64,000 nucleotides of DNA, taken from positions 31,372,001 through 31,436,000 of the forward strand of contig CM060734.1 of assembly GCA_030704615.1 (NCBI GenBank). Reading direction: 5' to 3'. Shown in pieces: positions 53,330 to 64,000 of this stretch (position 1 is the stretch's first letter; each line of letters opens with the position of its first letter). The translations under genes were made by a program, and so were the position numbers. This DNA is from Takakia lepidozioides (Eukaryota; Plantae; Bryophyta). The notes beneath the pieces are model-generated. The model ran no database searches and was not told the DNA's origin. It saw only the letters and a program-made list of their open reading frames with translations.

Positions 53330-55680
53330 TGGTGCCAGCTACCATGTCACCCAAAGTGACATCCACTTGATCTAGGGCTGCCTTCACATACATATCCACC
53401 AAGGCAGTGTTTAGAGTGACATCTAGTGATACAATTCCAGCTTTGACGATGTCACCATGGACCTTTGTGCCCTTTTTAGGGCTGCCAGGCTCACATTTGC
53501 CGTAGATGTACACCAAGGGAATGTTCAGAATGACATCTGGTACGATTCCAGCTTTGATACTGTCACCATGAACCTCTTTGCCCCTTCCCAGGGTTGCTAG
53601 GCTCGCATATGCATATTACAAACACAAATGAACATGACTTGGTCTGGCTTCATCCCTTCCCCCATCATTTGCTCTTAGGTTTCCAAAACCTTAATCCCAT
53701 ATCCATGCTGCACATACCTTGCAATCATGGCACTCCAAAACACCACATCTCGTTCAGCCATATTGTCAAACTCTCCATTCGCATCAGGCTTGTTGCACCC
53801 ACATTTGGCATACATGTCCACCAGGGCAGAGTTCAGAATGACAACTGGCATCACTCTCTTGGCAGGAATAGCTGAAGTGGCAGGAATAGCTGAAGGAGCA
53901 GGGATGGAATGTGGGTTCAGATTCATGCAAGAGGGCTGCTTCAAGCACAAAACTACCTATGATTCTTTGCCCTGACCCCTATAAACCAAGGAAACAATTC
54001 AGCAGATTCAGATACTTAGCTCTGTCTCTTGCATGAGTGCATAAGGAAGAAAGCCTGCAAACATCCCGGTTTGGACCGCTGCGGTTAACGCCAGCGTCCG
54101 CCGGTCCGTCTCAACTTTTGGTTATCCAGCGGGTAAAAACCCGCACCCTACTCGCACACTTCAGGGCCTCACCGCACACATCCTTGCCTTGCTGCTAGCA
54201 GCTGACAATGACAATCTAGAATTTTTCCAGCAAACACCCCATCCCTACTGACTTAGAGGATATAGTGTCCAAAGCCATGTCTGTTTCCAGAAAATTGTCT
54301 GATGAAAATGAAATTAGGCAGAAAACTTCCCTGGACTTTTTTCCAGTCTGACATGGGGGAGGACATCATGGATGAGGTCCCTCAAGGATCTACCCACTCT
54401 CGGCACCAGACTGAAATTTAAACTCAGGGCAGGAATCCTACCTTTGAATAGCAAACAGAAGCAGAGAGGAAAAGGAGAGCGCAATTGCACCCATATCTGT
54501 TACATGTTTTTGGATACTTTTCTGTTGTCACATTGGCAGTATCATGTCAAAGTCACTCCAAACAAGATTCACCAACCAGCTACCTTGCAGAATTCAACAT
54601 GGACATTTAGGGCAGATTTTGATAAGAAGGAAAAACGGGGTGAAATGTGTTGAAGAAGGTGCCTTCATTAGCAATGCCTGATTTTATCTATTGTGCCGCT
54701 GCTGCTGCGGCTTCCAGTTGTCCATCTGTTTCTTGAGCTATCCTCCACAGGGAATCATAGGTAATCTGGAGCTTGAAATCCGGGCCTCTTGGATGAATCT
54801 GAACCCACAATCTATCCCTGCACTCCTTCAACTATCCATGCCTGTGTACGAATCGTGAATACATCCTCAGCCTTGCTGCAGCTAGCAGCTGACACTGCGC
54901 CCTAACCCTACCTACAGTAACATGTCAAAATCACTCCAAAACCACCATAGATCCACCATCGAGCTTCTCCTCATCTATGTTATCTATTTTTGGATACTTT
55001 CCTGCTGCCATATCGGCAGTAACTTGTCAAAGTCACTCCTAACCACCACAGATCCACCCAACGAGCTACTTACAGAATTCAATATGCATCTCAGGGCTGA
55101 GTCTGATGAGAGGATAAAACAGGCAAAAATAGGTTGTAGAAGAAGGTGCCCTCACCACATTGTCGACCTTGACCTTGTGTCATGACCCATGGAGGATTTG
55201 ACAGACCATCAACCCAAAGAACCTCTTGTGTGTGCTGCTTGTGTCTGTAGTCAGGTACTGTTGGATTGGTTTGTGAGAACCACCACGGTGCAGCTGAGCA
55301 GGCAGAGATTGAAACACGGCCTGCTAAGACCAAGCTCTCTCCCAAGAACCTTGTAAACATCAGGAAGAATACCAAATCATGGTACTAACAGGAGCCAACA
55401 GCCCACATTTGCAAAATGGACAAAGTTCTTTACATCGTACATTAAGAAAAAACCACACCTTGCGATTGCGGTTGTCGCACCACCGTGAAGGATCTTTAAA
55501 AAAACTCATGCCACCTCTGCTCCGTGCTGCAAATTCAGGGCCGAGTCTGATGAGAGGGAAAAACAGGCTGAAATAGGTCAAAGAAGAAGGTGCCCTCACC
55601 ACATTGTCCTCAAGAGCACATGCAGGTCACATCGTACATTAAGAAAAACCACACCTTGCGATTGCGGTTGTCCACCCAAG
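53330..55680 (-). pseudogene. Scrambled remnant of the PDF-PPR gene family, with an internal inversion and a LINE insertion
   Basis: PLS fragments at 53330-53850. Inverted piece of the PDF3/L-motif exon at 53885-54050. PDF exons at 54495-55680 (TNPTVPDYRHKQHTQEVLWVDGLSNPPWV; FFKDPSRWCDNRNRK). Confidence 0.85.
54250..54480 (+). mobile_element. LINE C-terminal fragment related to the NRPC1 intron-7 element
   Basis: LKDLPTLGTRLKFKLRAG; reverse complement of 35425-35597. Confidence 0.75.
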
Positions 55681-56160
55681 CTATTGCATATCCTGCAGAT
55701 CCTCCCACTCAAACACAGCAAAACGATCAAGTCCCATAACTTACTCATCGCTGAACGCAATCCCGCAACCCTAAATCCATTTTGAATTATTTGGATGAAT
55801 GTATCGTACATGGATGGATTTTGGGTTTTCCATCAATCCATCCATCCATCCATTTAGTTTTCCGTTTATTAGTTCATCCATCCATTTTAATCCCATCCAT
55901 TCATCTTTAAGTGAGTTTCACTGTCAGTTGACTACAACTAACTACTGTCGATAATGTAGTTATTTTATTTGACTATCCCTAACCAACAGACGTCAGGTCA
56001 GTGAAATCATAGTGAAAGTATAGTCAAACTTTTTACTACTTATTTATCTATATTAATATATAAATAATAAATATGTTGCAGATATAAGTGTTATGGTTTA
56101 AATGGTTATGTTAGTCAGTTGATTTAGGGCATCCAGTGCAAAATAAAATAAAAAATCAGA

Positions 56161-56321
56161 CGTTCATCCAATAGCTGCCAGCAAGGCGTTTGTTTATCAT
56201 TCGTTCAGATAATTCAGTTGTTCTGTTTCACTAACCTTTCATACGTTCATCCAATAGCTGCTAGCAAGGCATTTGTTTATCATTCATGCAGATGATTCAG
56301 TTGTTTTGTTTCACTAACCTT
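56161..56321. repeat. 83-bp-period direct repeat (2 copies)
   Basis: CGTTCATCCAATAGCTG...GTTTCACTAACCTT at 56161 and 56244. Confidence 0.85.
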
Positions 56322-57359
56322 AACCAGCACACGATTAGTTTACTATTAATGTATTGGGTCAGTGAAAAAGTAGTTAAATGTTTTTACTTCTTATTATCCA
56401 CATGTATATTGCTATATAATTTATATATTGTGATTACACGTGCCATTGCTAAACTGGTTGTCTCAGTCAGCTCATTTTAGGTAGTCAAAGTCTCTCACTA
56501 CAGTCAAAATTTTCACGGTTGTCTAGCACCTCAAATATTTTAATATAAATTTTGACTGCAAAATGGTTGGAACAGTCGAAAGTGACAACAGTCAACGCCA
56601 ACGTCAAACTAAATCGTCAAAATTACATAGGGTGTGTTGTAGTGCTTGCAGAATGGATGTGGACGTGACGACGATATATATCCGTTCATATCATGGAGGA
56701 GGAACATCCATGAAATGAGTCACTCGCACAATGAGCATTCTTGCGTACTCCATTTTGCAAAGTTGTGGGTTTTGTTTTTCTTTCTCATCTTCATATATGA
56801 ATAGCGGCGACTCCCACTTTTGGGACTCGTAGGGCCTTTGACCTACAGTCTACAATCTACAGTATTTGTCTTATAATCCTCTCATGTTGGAGGAAAGAGG
56901 GGGAAAGAGAAAATGGGATGTTTGGGCTAGTCGAAAAAAACGTACACGTACATATTTTTTCCATCAAACCCAAAAATTGCATATCACATCTTCTTCCATC
57001 TTTTTATTATTCAGCTCTTACAACAAGTAGCAGGAAAGATACGAGAGGTTTGGAGTTGTTGAAAACAAGAGTGTTTGTTTGTTGTATGTTGTACTATTGA
57101 GCCCTCTGTCATGTTGCAATAGACACAATACGAAAGATTTATTTATTTATTTATTTTTGTTGGTTTAAAAAAAGATATGTGTGTTAATGCACACAATGTT
57201 TCTAGTAACCCCAAACCTCCAATATTCTTTCTGCTGTCTATTACACTATTGAGCTATCTGTCATGTTACTTATTACTAACGTTTTGTGCACATTTCTTCT
57301 AATTTTTGTTTGTCTGTGGTTTGGTAGACTATCAACAAATAGTCTTAAGTGAATGGTAC

Positions 57360-57845
57360 TTAGAAGCCTTTTGTTGTTGAGCTTGTCATTCTAGATGGTT
57401 CAAACGGTTTGTAATTCCTTACATCACCCAAAGAATATTGCACGTACCTAGAATGCTTTTGATGAGCGATTCCGACATTTGTTGTTTTCTTTTTTTCTTT
57501 TTGCTCATCTCTAGGCTGGACATACACTCCATCTCCCTCACATCCAATGTCCCTTACGTGCAGTGGTGTATTAATGTTCACCTCTCCCTGAAAAGCCTCT
57601 ATAGCATCATACCAGTTTTCATTAAACAATTTGGACAAATGGAAGTGGTCTCTTTCATCATTGCTCATCTGCCAAAATGATGTGTTATGTCCAATACCTT
57701 TGTGGTAGATATCAATCTTTTTGTAACCACCATTGATGCAATTCCACTTGTCTTTACAGTTTTTGCCGTTCCTTACAGTTTTTGATCGAGTGATTGCTTG
57801 CATTTCATCTGCTATCTTGTTCCACTTTTGAACCGCAGGAATCAT
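57360..57845 (-). pseudogene. Myb/SANT trihelix-type ORF fragment, possibly PIF/Harbinger ORF1-derived
   Basis: QKWNKIADEM...RNGKNCKDKWNCINGGYKKI...FWQMSNDER..FHL...F...YDAI is a GT-1/ASR3-like trihelix pattern. The ORF is truncated and surrounded by decayed AT-rich DNA. Confidence 0.65.
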
Positions 57846-58769
57846 ATGCGCTCTCTAATCCACAATAAAATAACTTCTTCATTTCAAATATCGGGGTTCT
57901 TGTCCTCATCGAGTCCATCAACACACGATGTCGTTGGTTTTTTGCAAATTATTTGAGAGCATTTGGGATCAATTAAAATCAGAATCAAAACTAGCACTAT
58001 AAGCATGTATTAAGTTTAGCTCAATATAGAAATCTACTGGAAATCTTATACAATTCTAGATATATACGTAGCTTAAATGATGATGGGCTTTTGTAGTTAC
58101 ACAAGCAAAATATACTTCAAGTGCTATTGTGTTTGTGGCTTATCGCCCTCCGACTTTCATTAAAGCAATGGGGTTCTTTTAGTGTGCAATGATGGTTATA
58201 TTTGTATTGTTCTCCATCCCCTTCATGAGCTAGTTCCCATGGTAATAGGTGTTTTCTCTGCGGTAATAGGTCCATAGGTTTCAGACAAGGTAAGCTCACA
58301 TGATCACGTTGTCAGGCTCAAGATCTAGCACGCCCCCCAAGACGCACACGATCATCAGTTTGTATATAAGAGGAGAACAGAATTGTAAGTGAAAGAACAA
58401 TTTCCATAATGGAGGGGTCGGCTTAAGTAGTGCAATGGAATCTCCATGGTTGACGTCTAACTTCAAAATTATGGTCATTTATTAAAGATGCAATAAAATC
58501 AAATATCAATTCCACTAACCTCAACCCTGGCACATGATATATTCACCATCTTCCAACATGCCAAGAGGTGCCTCATGATCCTAAGCTAGTATATATTTTG
58601 GGTCATCATAACTGTCCGGAGAACATGAAAGATTCATTAGAAAAAAAAACTTTTCCAATACTGGCATCGTTGTCAAACTCCATCATGAATATACTCTCAC
58701 ACACCTTCCTCTCTTGGATCCCCGCTCTCTTCCCAAATTCTTCTGTACACCATCACTGTCTAAATCACT

Positions 58770-61700
58770 GTCTCTAAGCCTATGGGCTGAGGCTGTTAAT
58801 ACTGTCGTATATCCGTTGAATAGGTCAATCAACAAGATTGGGAAACAAGACACCCTATGAGGCAGTTTTTTTTTAAGAAACCGGATGTGTCAGGGTTCAA
58901 ATTTTTTGGCTATGCAGCTTACGAACATATCCCCAAAAGTCTGAGAAAAAAGCTAGATGCCAAGAGTGAGAAACTGCTCTTTGTAGGGTACTGCTCAGAT
59001 GGTCACGGGTATTGTCTCTGGACTCCAGTAACAAAGAAAATCACATTGGTTTTGACGTTAAATTTGACGAGAAAGACATCTTGAGAGGGGTAGATGAGGT
59101 GAAAGATGATCTTTACAATGTTTTTTCTTGTTTTTTTTCAACAAAATTAAGTGGAATCATCATCAGTAGTGCCAATAGTGGCACCTATGATTCCACCAGC
59201 AGTGCTGGGAGCAACACCTATGAACGATGGAAACGAATTGTCAAACGCAGCAGGAGAACGAGATATGCAAGAGCATGTCGAAGAAGTGGGAGAGATAGCA
59301 AGACGACAGTCACAACGGGCACAAAATCCACCTAATCGCTTTGGAGATTGGGTATCCAATGATTTGTAAATTGCAAAAATCCGTTCTAGGGGTGATTGCA
59401 GCCTACAGTGTCTATTTTTTGCTGTCACAACACTGTTTTTTCCAGACATAGAATAGTGGTAAATTATCATACTCCTACATGACAATGCCATCAATAAAAA
59501 GGGACTAATATATAGAGGCTCATCTACATATACTTTCACACTTTTAAATCTCATTATCAAAAACCAGAATCTCTAGATGCTATGACTTTTAAAAAGTCCA
59601 TAAGGAATTGTCACAGTCCATAAAAAAAGACATTATGGACTTTTTTAATACAGGAGTTAGAACAAAAGTCAAGAAAATGACTCTCTCAACCTTGCTTTGG
59701 AGAATGAGGAATCTGGAATGAAAACTATCATTCAAAAATATGAAATTAAAAAAAAAATATGTACTATATGTAGCCTCAAAAATAGTTATTTTCATAAAGT
59801 CATTTATAACTAAATTCTTTTGAAATAACAAAACTTTTTTCATTAGACGCATTCATTCACCATAAATGCAGAATTGATTATGATTAAATTTCAAAAAAAC
59901 ATTTGTAAATTGATGTTATCTAAAGCAAATCCGATGGTTGAGGATTCGCCACATCCTCCTTTATGTACTCTTTATGTACTCATGATCTGCCGTTTTTGGT
60001 CCACTCTAGTTTGCAATCACCCCTGGAGCGTGTCTGGCTGATGATACAGGTTGTGTTACCGAGCCTAAAAGCTACACAGAAGCTCTGAATTCTACGCTTG
60101 CTAAAGAATGGCGTCAAGCCATGAATGAAAAGTATGCCTCACTCATTGAGAATAAGACTTGGGAATTGCAGGAATTGCCTGAAGGACGAAAAACAGTCAA
60201 GTGTAAGTGGGTTTTCAAGATCAAGCTCAAGAGAGATATCAATTGATCGATTCAAAGCTAGGCTTGTGGCAAAATGATACTCCCAAGTGGCAGGGGTTGA
60301 CTATGAGGAAACATATTCTCCAGTTATCAAATATGATTCCATCAGAGCAATCCTGGCAATAGCTGTTGTTCATGATATGGAGATGGTCTAATATGACGTA
60401 AAGACCACGTTTCTTAATAGTGACTTACACGAGGAAATCTATATGGAGCAGGCGGAAGATTTCAAAGCTGTAGGGAAAGAGAAACAGGTTTAGCGATTGA
60501 GGAAAAGTCTGTATGCATTAAAACAGGCCGTAGCTAGGCAATGGAATATCAAATTTGATTCATTCCTCCAGAGATACGATTTGATTGTGAGTGATGCAGA
60601 TCCTTGCGTGTACTACAATCGTGATAAAGTGGAAACGATCGTTGGTATCTTTATCGATGATGGAATATCATGCTCCACCAACCTGCCCAAACTAGAAGAC
60701 ATGCTTCATTATCTTGACATTATCTTCAAGATTGTCAGAAGCGATATGGGCTATTTTGTAGGATTTGAGATGCTCAGAATTTTGAGATGCTCAGAAATCG
60801 TCTAAACCGCAACATTCAATGTATTTCAGAAAAGATATATTTCGGAAATTATTCATAGGTTCGAGCTTCAAGACGCTAGTACTCTTGTTTGCACACCGGC
60901 AGACCCGAATGTTCAACTGTCACATTCTTGATATCTCAGAGGATGCAATCTTCATTGAAGTGCCTTACAAGGAGGCAATATGATGCTTAATGTTTGCATC
61001 ATTACTATCATGGCCTGACATCACATATGTTGTGAATGTTGTCGCTAAATATAGCGAAGCACCAAGGAAGATACATTGGATTGTTGTAAAGAGGATATTG
61101 AAATACCTCAAATGAACCACTGGATATGGAATTATGGAGGTCCTCTTTCAAGTAGGTTTTTGTGATGTTGATTATGTCGGGGATCTTGACAACAGACGAT
61201 CTCGACCTGGTTACGTTTTTTTGCTGGCCAATGTTGCAATAGCTTGGAACAGCACAAGACAAAAATATACAACAGTTTCAACCACGGAAGCTGAGTACAT
61301 TGCAGCTTGTGGTGCAACAAAGGAAGCAATCTAGCTAAGGAGGCTCCTTGCAAGCATAGGTTACTCACATGAGCATGCAAGTGAGCTCAAGTGTGATAAC
61401 CAAAGTGCTATCAAAGTGCCGAAGAACCCATAATTTCATCGCAGAACAAAGCATGTCGACACCTAGTACCATTTTGTACGCGAGAAATGTCTGGAGAATC
61501 AAATTTACTTGCAATATGTTCATACTGGTGAACAGATCGCAGATATCTTCACTAATGCTCTGCCCAAGTAAACACCAAGCTGCGTTCACTTCTAGGAGTC
61601 ATCAGCACTCCAGAATAACTTACAGATCATGGAGCATGTAGCGCTATCAGCTTAGTAATAGATTAAGTGAACGAGTGGGAGCATTGAATTAAAAGTAAAA

Positions 61701-62050
61701 AGATTTGTTTTTATGTTCACTTACTAGTTAGTATATAGATTAGGCTACTGTTCACAGGCGGGTCCCACAGACATTCTAGAACGTTCGCCAGAGTTTGCTA
61801 TTTTGAACAGGCTACCGTGTGGCTTGTACTTTGTACACTGTTACTCTGCTTGGTGTATCTCTTCTGCATTTTAAGATACAAGTAGTCTGTGTGTAATAGG
61901 TACTCATGTAATGGTTGTCTAGTGATCGTTGATGATAGCAGTAAACAAATGATCGAGCATCTATGAACTGTGTACATGCATGAATGTTATTGAGTAATTC
62001 CTTCTTTCTACACCATCCCTACCGTCCTTGGCATGTGCTACTTCACAAAT
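58770..62050 (+). mobile_element. Ty1/copia remnant (integrase C-terminus, RT, RNase H, PPT, probable 3' LTR)
   Basis: LWAEAVNT, RKKLDAKSEKLLFVGY, KTWEL...KCKWVFKIK, RKSLYALKQ, FIDDG and STTEAEYIAA. PPT GAGTGGGAG at ~61673. Many stops and frameshifts. Confidence 0.92.
59387..60025. mobile_element. Non-autonomous TIR element (MITE, hAT-like ends) inserted into the copia
   Basis: Left end TAGGGGTGATTGCAGCCTACAGTG; right end CACTCTAGTTTGCAATCACCCCTG (imperfect 24-bp TIR). AT-rich interior. It interrupts the copia between integrase and RT. No clear TSD. Confidence 0.75.
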
Positions 62051-62189
62051 CCTAGGGCCTCATTGAAAGAGTATTGCTCAGTCATGCTATCTTCAGGTCG
62101 GGCTAGTTGTCGCACGTATCTCTTCAGAATCTTGAAGTATGTTCTCTCTATGTGAAACATGGATCTTATATGAACTGGTCCACACTCCA

Positions 62190-63720
62190 ACCAAGTGGTA
62201 CACGAGGTGCGTGGTGGGGTTCAAAAAGGCTGGGGAAACTCCTTTTCAATCAAGCACAATGTCTCTACCGCGTCAACCAACATTCCATTGCCTATGGGTC
62301 CACGAAAGGCAATCCTAAGATTGAGCAGGTTGATCCAGAAGATAAGTAGCAAGGCTTTTAACCCAGTGCGGAAGGACCTCGAGGTTATAGGCATTCGCAA
62401 GGATCTCTGCCAGGTACAAGAGATCCGTGGGAGATCTGACAAAGTGTTAATGCCGTTGGCACCTTATGTCTTAACTAAGAAGGAAAAGAAAGAGTTTGTG
62501 CATGTCGTTAGTCATTTCCGACCTCCTTCCAAGGTCGCCTCCAACATTCGCAGGGCTGCTAGTGAGATGGGGGAGCAGCTTGGTCTCCATCTACTAATCG
62601 CATGATTTTCACATAATCATGGAGCACGTTCTGCCAGTGGGCAAGCTCAGATAGCATATGTAGGAACCTTGCGGATAGTGCTGCTTGGAAGCACATCGAC
62701 ACTATGTGGCTAGAGTTTGATGAGGAGCACATGAATGTGAGGTTGGGGCTAGCGTTGATCCATATGGCTCCAACAACACGAAATGGTCAACATGGCCGGT
62801 TGTTCTTCTCAATTACAACCTGAGGTCCCAAACCTAGTGACGAAACCTTTCTTTGTAATGCTTAGCCTGCTCATTCCTGGGAAGAAACAAGTGCGATTAT
62901 CTTTGTGTATTTGGAACCTCCGATCAACGAACTTCAACTGCTGTGGGTAGGTAAAAAACCATTGGAACCTTTTGACCATAATATATCCAATTGCAGCAAA
63001 AGCTTTGTGAGGATTAATGCATCGAATCTCTGAGCAAGGCTAATTTTTTCCACTTTCGCTTGTTGTTTTTCCTACTTGAATATATAGGTGTGTGGGCCTC
63101 TGACATCCTTAAACCTCCCCAAGATCGGAATTTCACACTGCGAGGCATTTTACTATGGACAATCGGCCACGACTTTGTTGGCTATGGGTATGCGGATGGC
63201 TGTTCAACAGATGACTATTTTGCATGTCATACTTGTGGGCAAGCTTGGAGAGGTCGCCAATCAAAACACCTTGGAAAGTGTGTGAGTGAGGGGCATTGCC
63301 GACTCCTTCCACTCGATCACCCATTCAGATTCCCAGGAGAAGCTTTATGGAGCTTGAGGACCGGCCTCCCCCGTTGCCTATAACTGGAGAGGATTGGCTC
63401 CCTAGAGCCAGACAAGTGGACCCCACAATGATGGGTAGGGACGCAGAAGATGACTTGGATATCGGAGGAATCAAGAAGGTATCAATCTTTTTCAAGTTGA
63501 CATATTGGAAGTACCTTCTCATCCGCAACCTTCTCGACCCATACATGTAGAAAAAAATGTTTGTGAAATGTTGTTGGGGTCCCTGTTTGGAAGTAAACAA
63601 GTTGCAAGGAATGACCAATCTCATTTACCTTTTCGTCACAAGACTCTATAAGGACCAGAGATGCTAAAAAAAATGAGAATGAGGATTCAATAGTGAACAT
63701 ATAGCTCCTCCACAATTCGA
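62190..63720 (+). mobile_element. CACTA/En-Spm transposase (Transposase_21-type) remnant
   Basis: ADSAAWKHID..W..F.....NVRLGLA, STWPVVLLNYNL, LSLLIPG, FTLRGILLWTIGHDF..YG...GC......ACHTC, SIFFKLTYW..LLIRNLLD.MH.EKNV and APYVLTKKEK. Confidence 0.88.
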
Positions 63721-64000
63721 TTGGATACTGTTGCGGACATACACCATAGGTGTAAGACACTGACAACATCATCAGTATTGATACTACGGGTTGATTTCTC
63801 TATTCGGAGATACAAAACAAATATCTCTACACAAATTTGAGAGTACATTAAACTTCATCTGCCATTTGCATTAAAAAAACCTTTGTGATCCATTTTTTGT
63901 GGTCAGTTATCTAAAAAAGATGAACCCACCAAGTGTCCACCATTTGTAGATGTATTGCATAAGAACATGATTGAATTGATACCACAACTCAATCATGGCC

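Overview
Eukaryotic nuclear DNA from a land plant. A bryophyte or other early-diverging lineage is likely; this is inferred from the DYW-domain style, the transposon types and the GT-rich intron ends. A gene-rich core (26.7-48.1 kb) holds two tandem TAXIMIN-family peptide genes (minus strand), head-to-head with a 27-exon RNA polymerase III largest-subunit gene (NRPC1) that carries a U12-type intron. The flanks are mostly decayed transposons: Ty3/gypsy (one with a Tf1-like self-priming signature), Ty1/copia, LINE, CACTA, SWIM/MULE-like, Myb/trihelix and a MITE. The most unusual system is a local family of PLS-E-DYW PPR cytidine-deaminase genes whose 5' exons encode tandem OSB-type PDF ssDNA-binding motifs (W..F.DP..WWDNR..K | .P..PDFKHK....LW....P.W). 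The ORF track misses these motifs because each is split by an intron at the same codon. The best copy (13.9-18.5 kb) has six near-identical 303-bp PLS triplets that differ repeatedly at the base-specifying residues. It forms a large head-to-head inverted duplication with a pseudogenised sister (19-22 kb). Two further scrambled remnants lie at 4.5-5.1 kb and 53.3-55.7 kb. All exon models were spliced by hand and need transcript confirmation.
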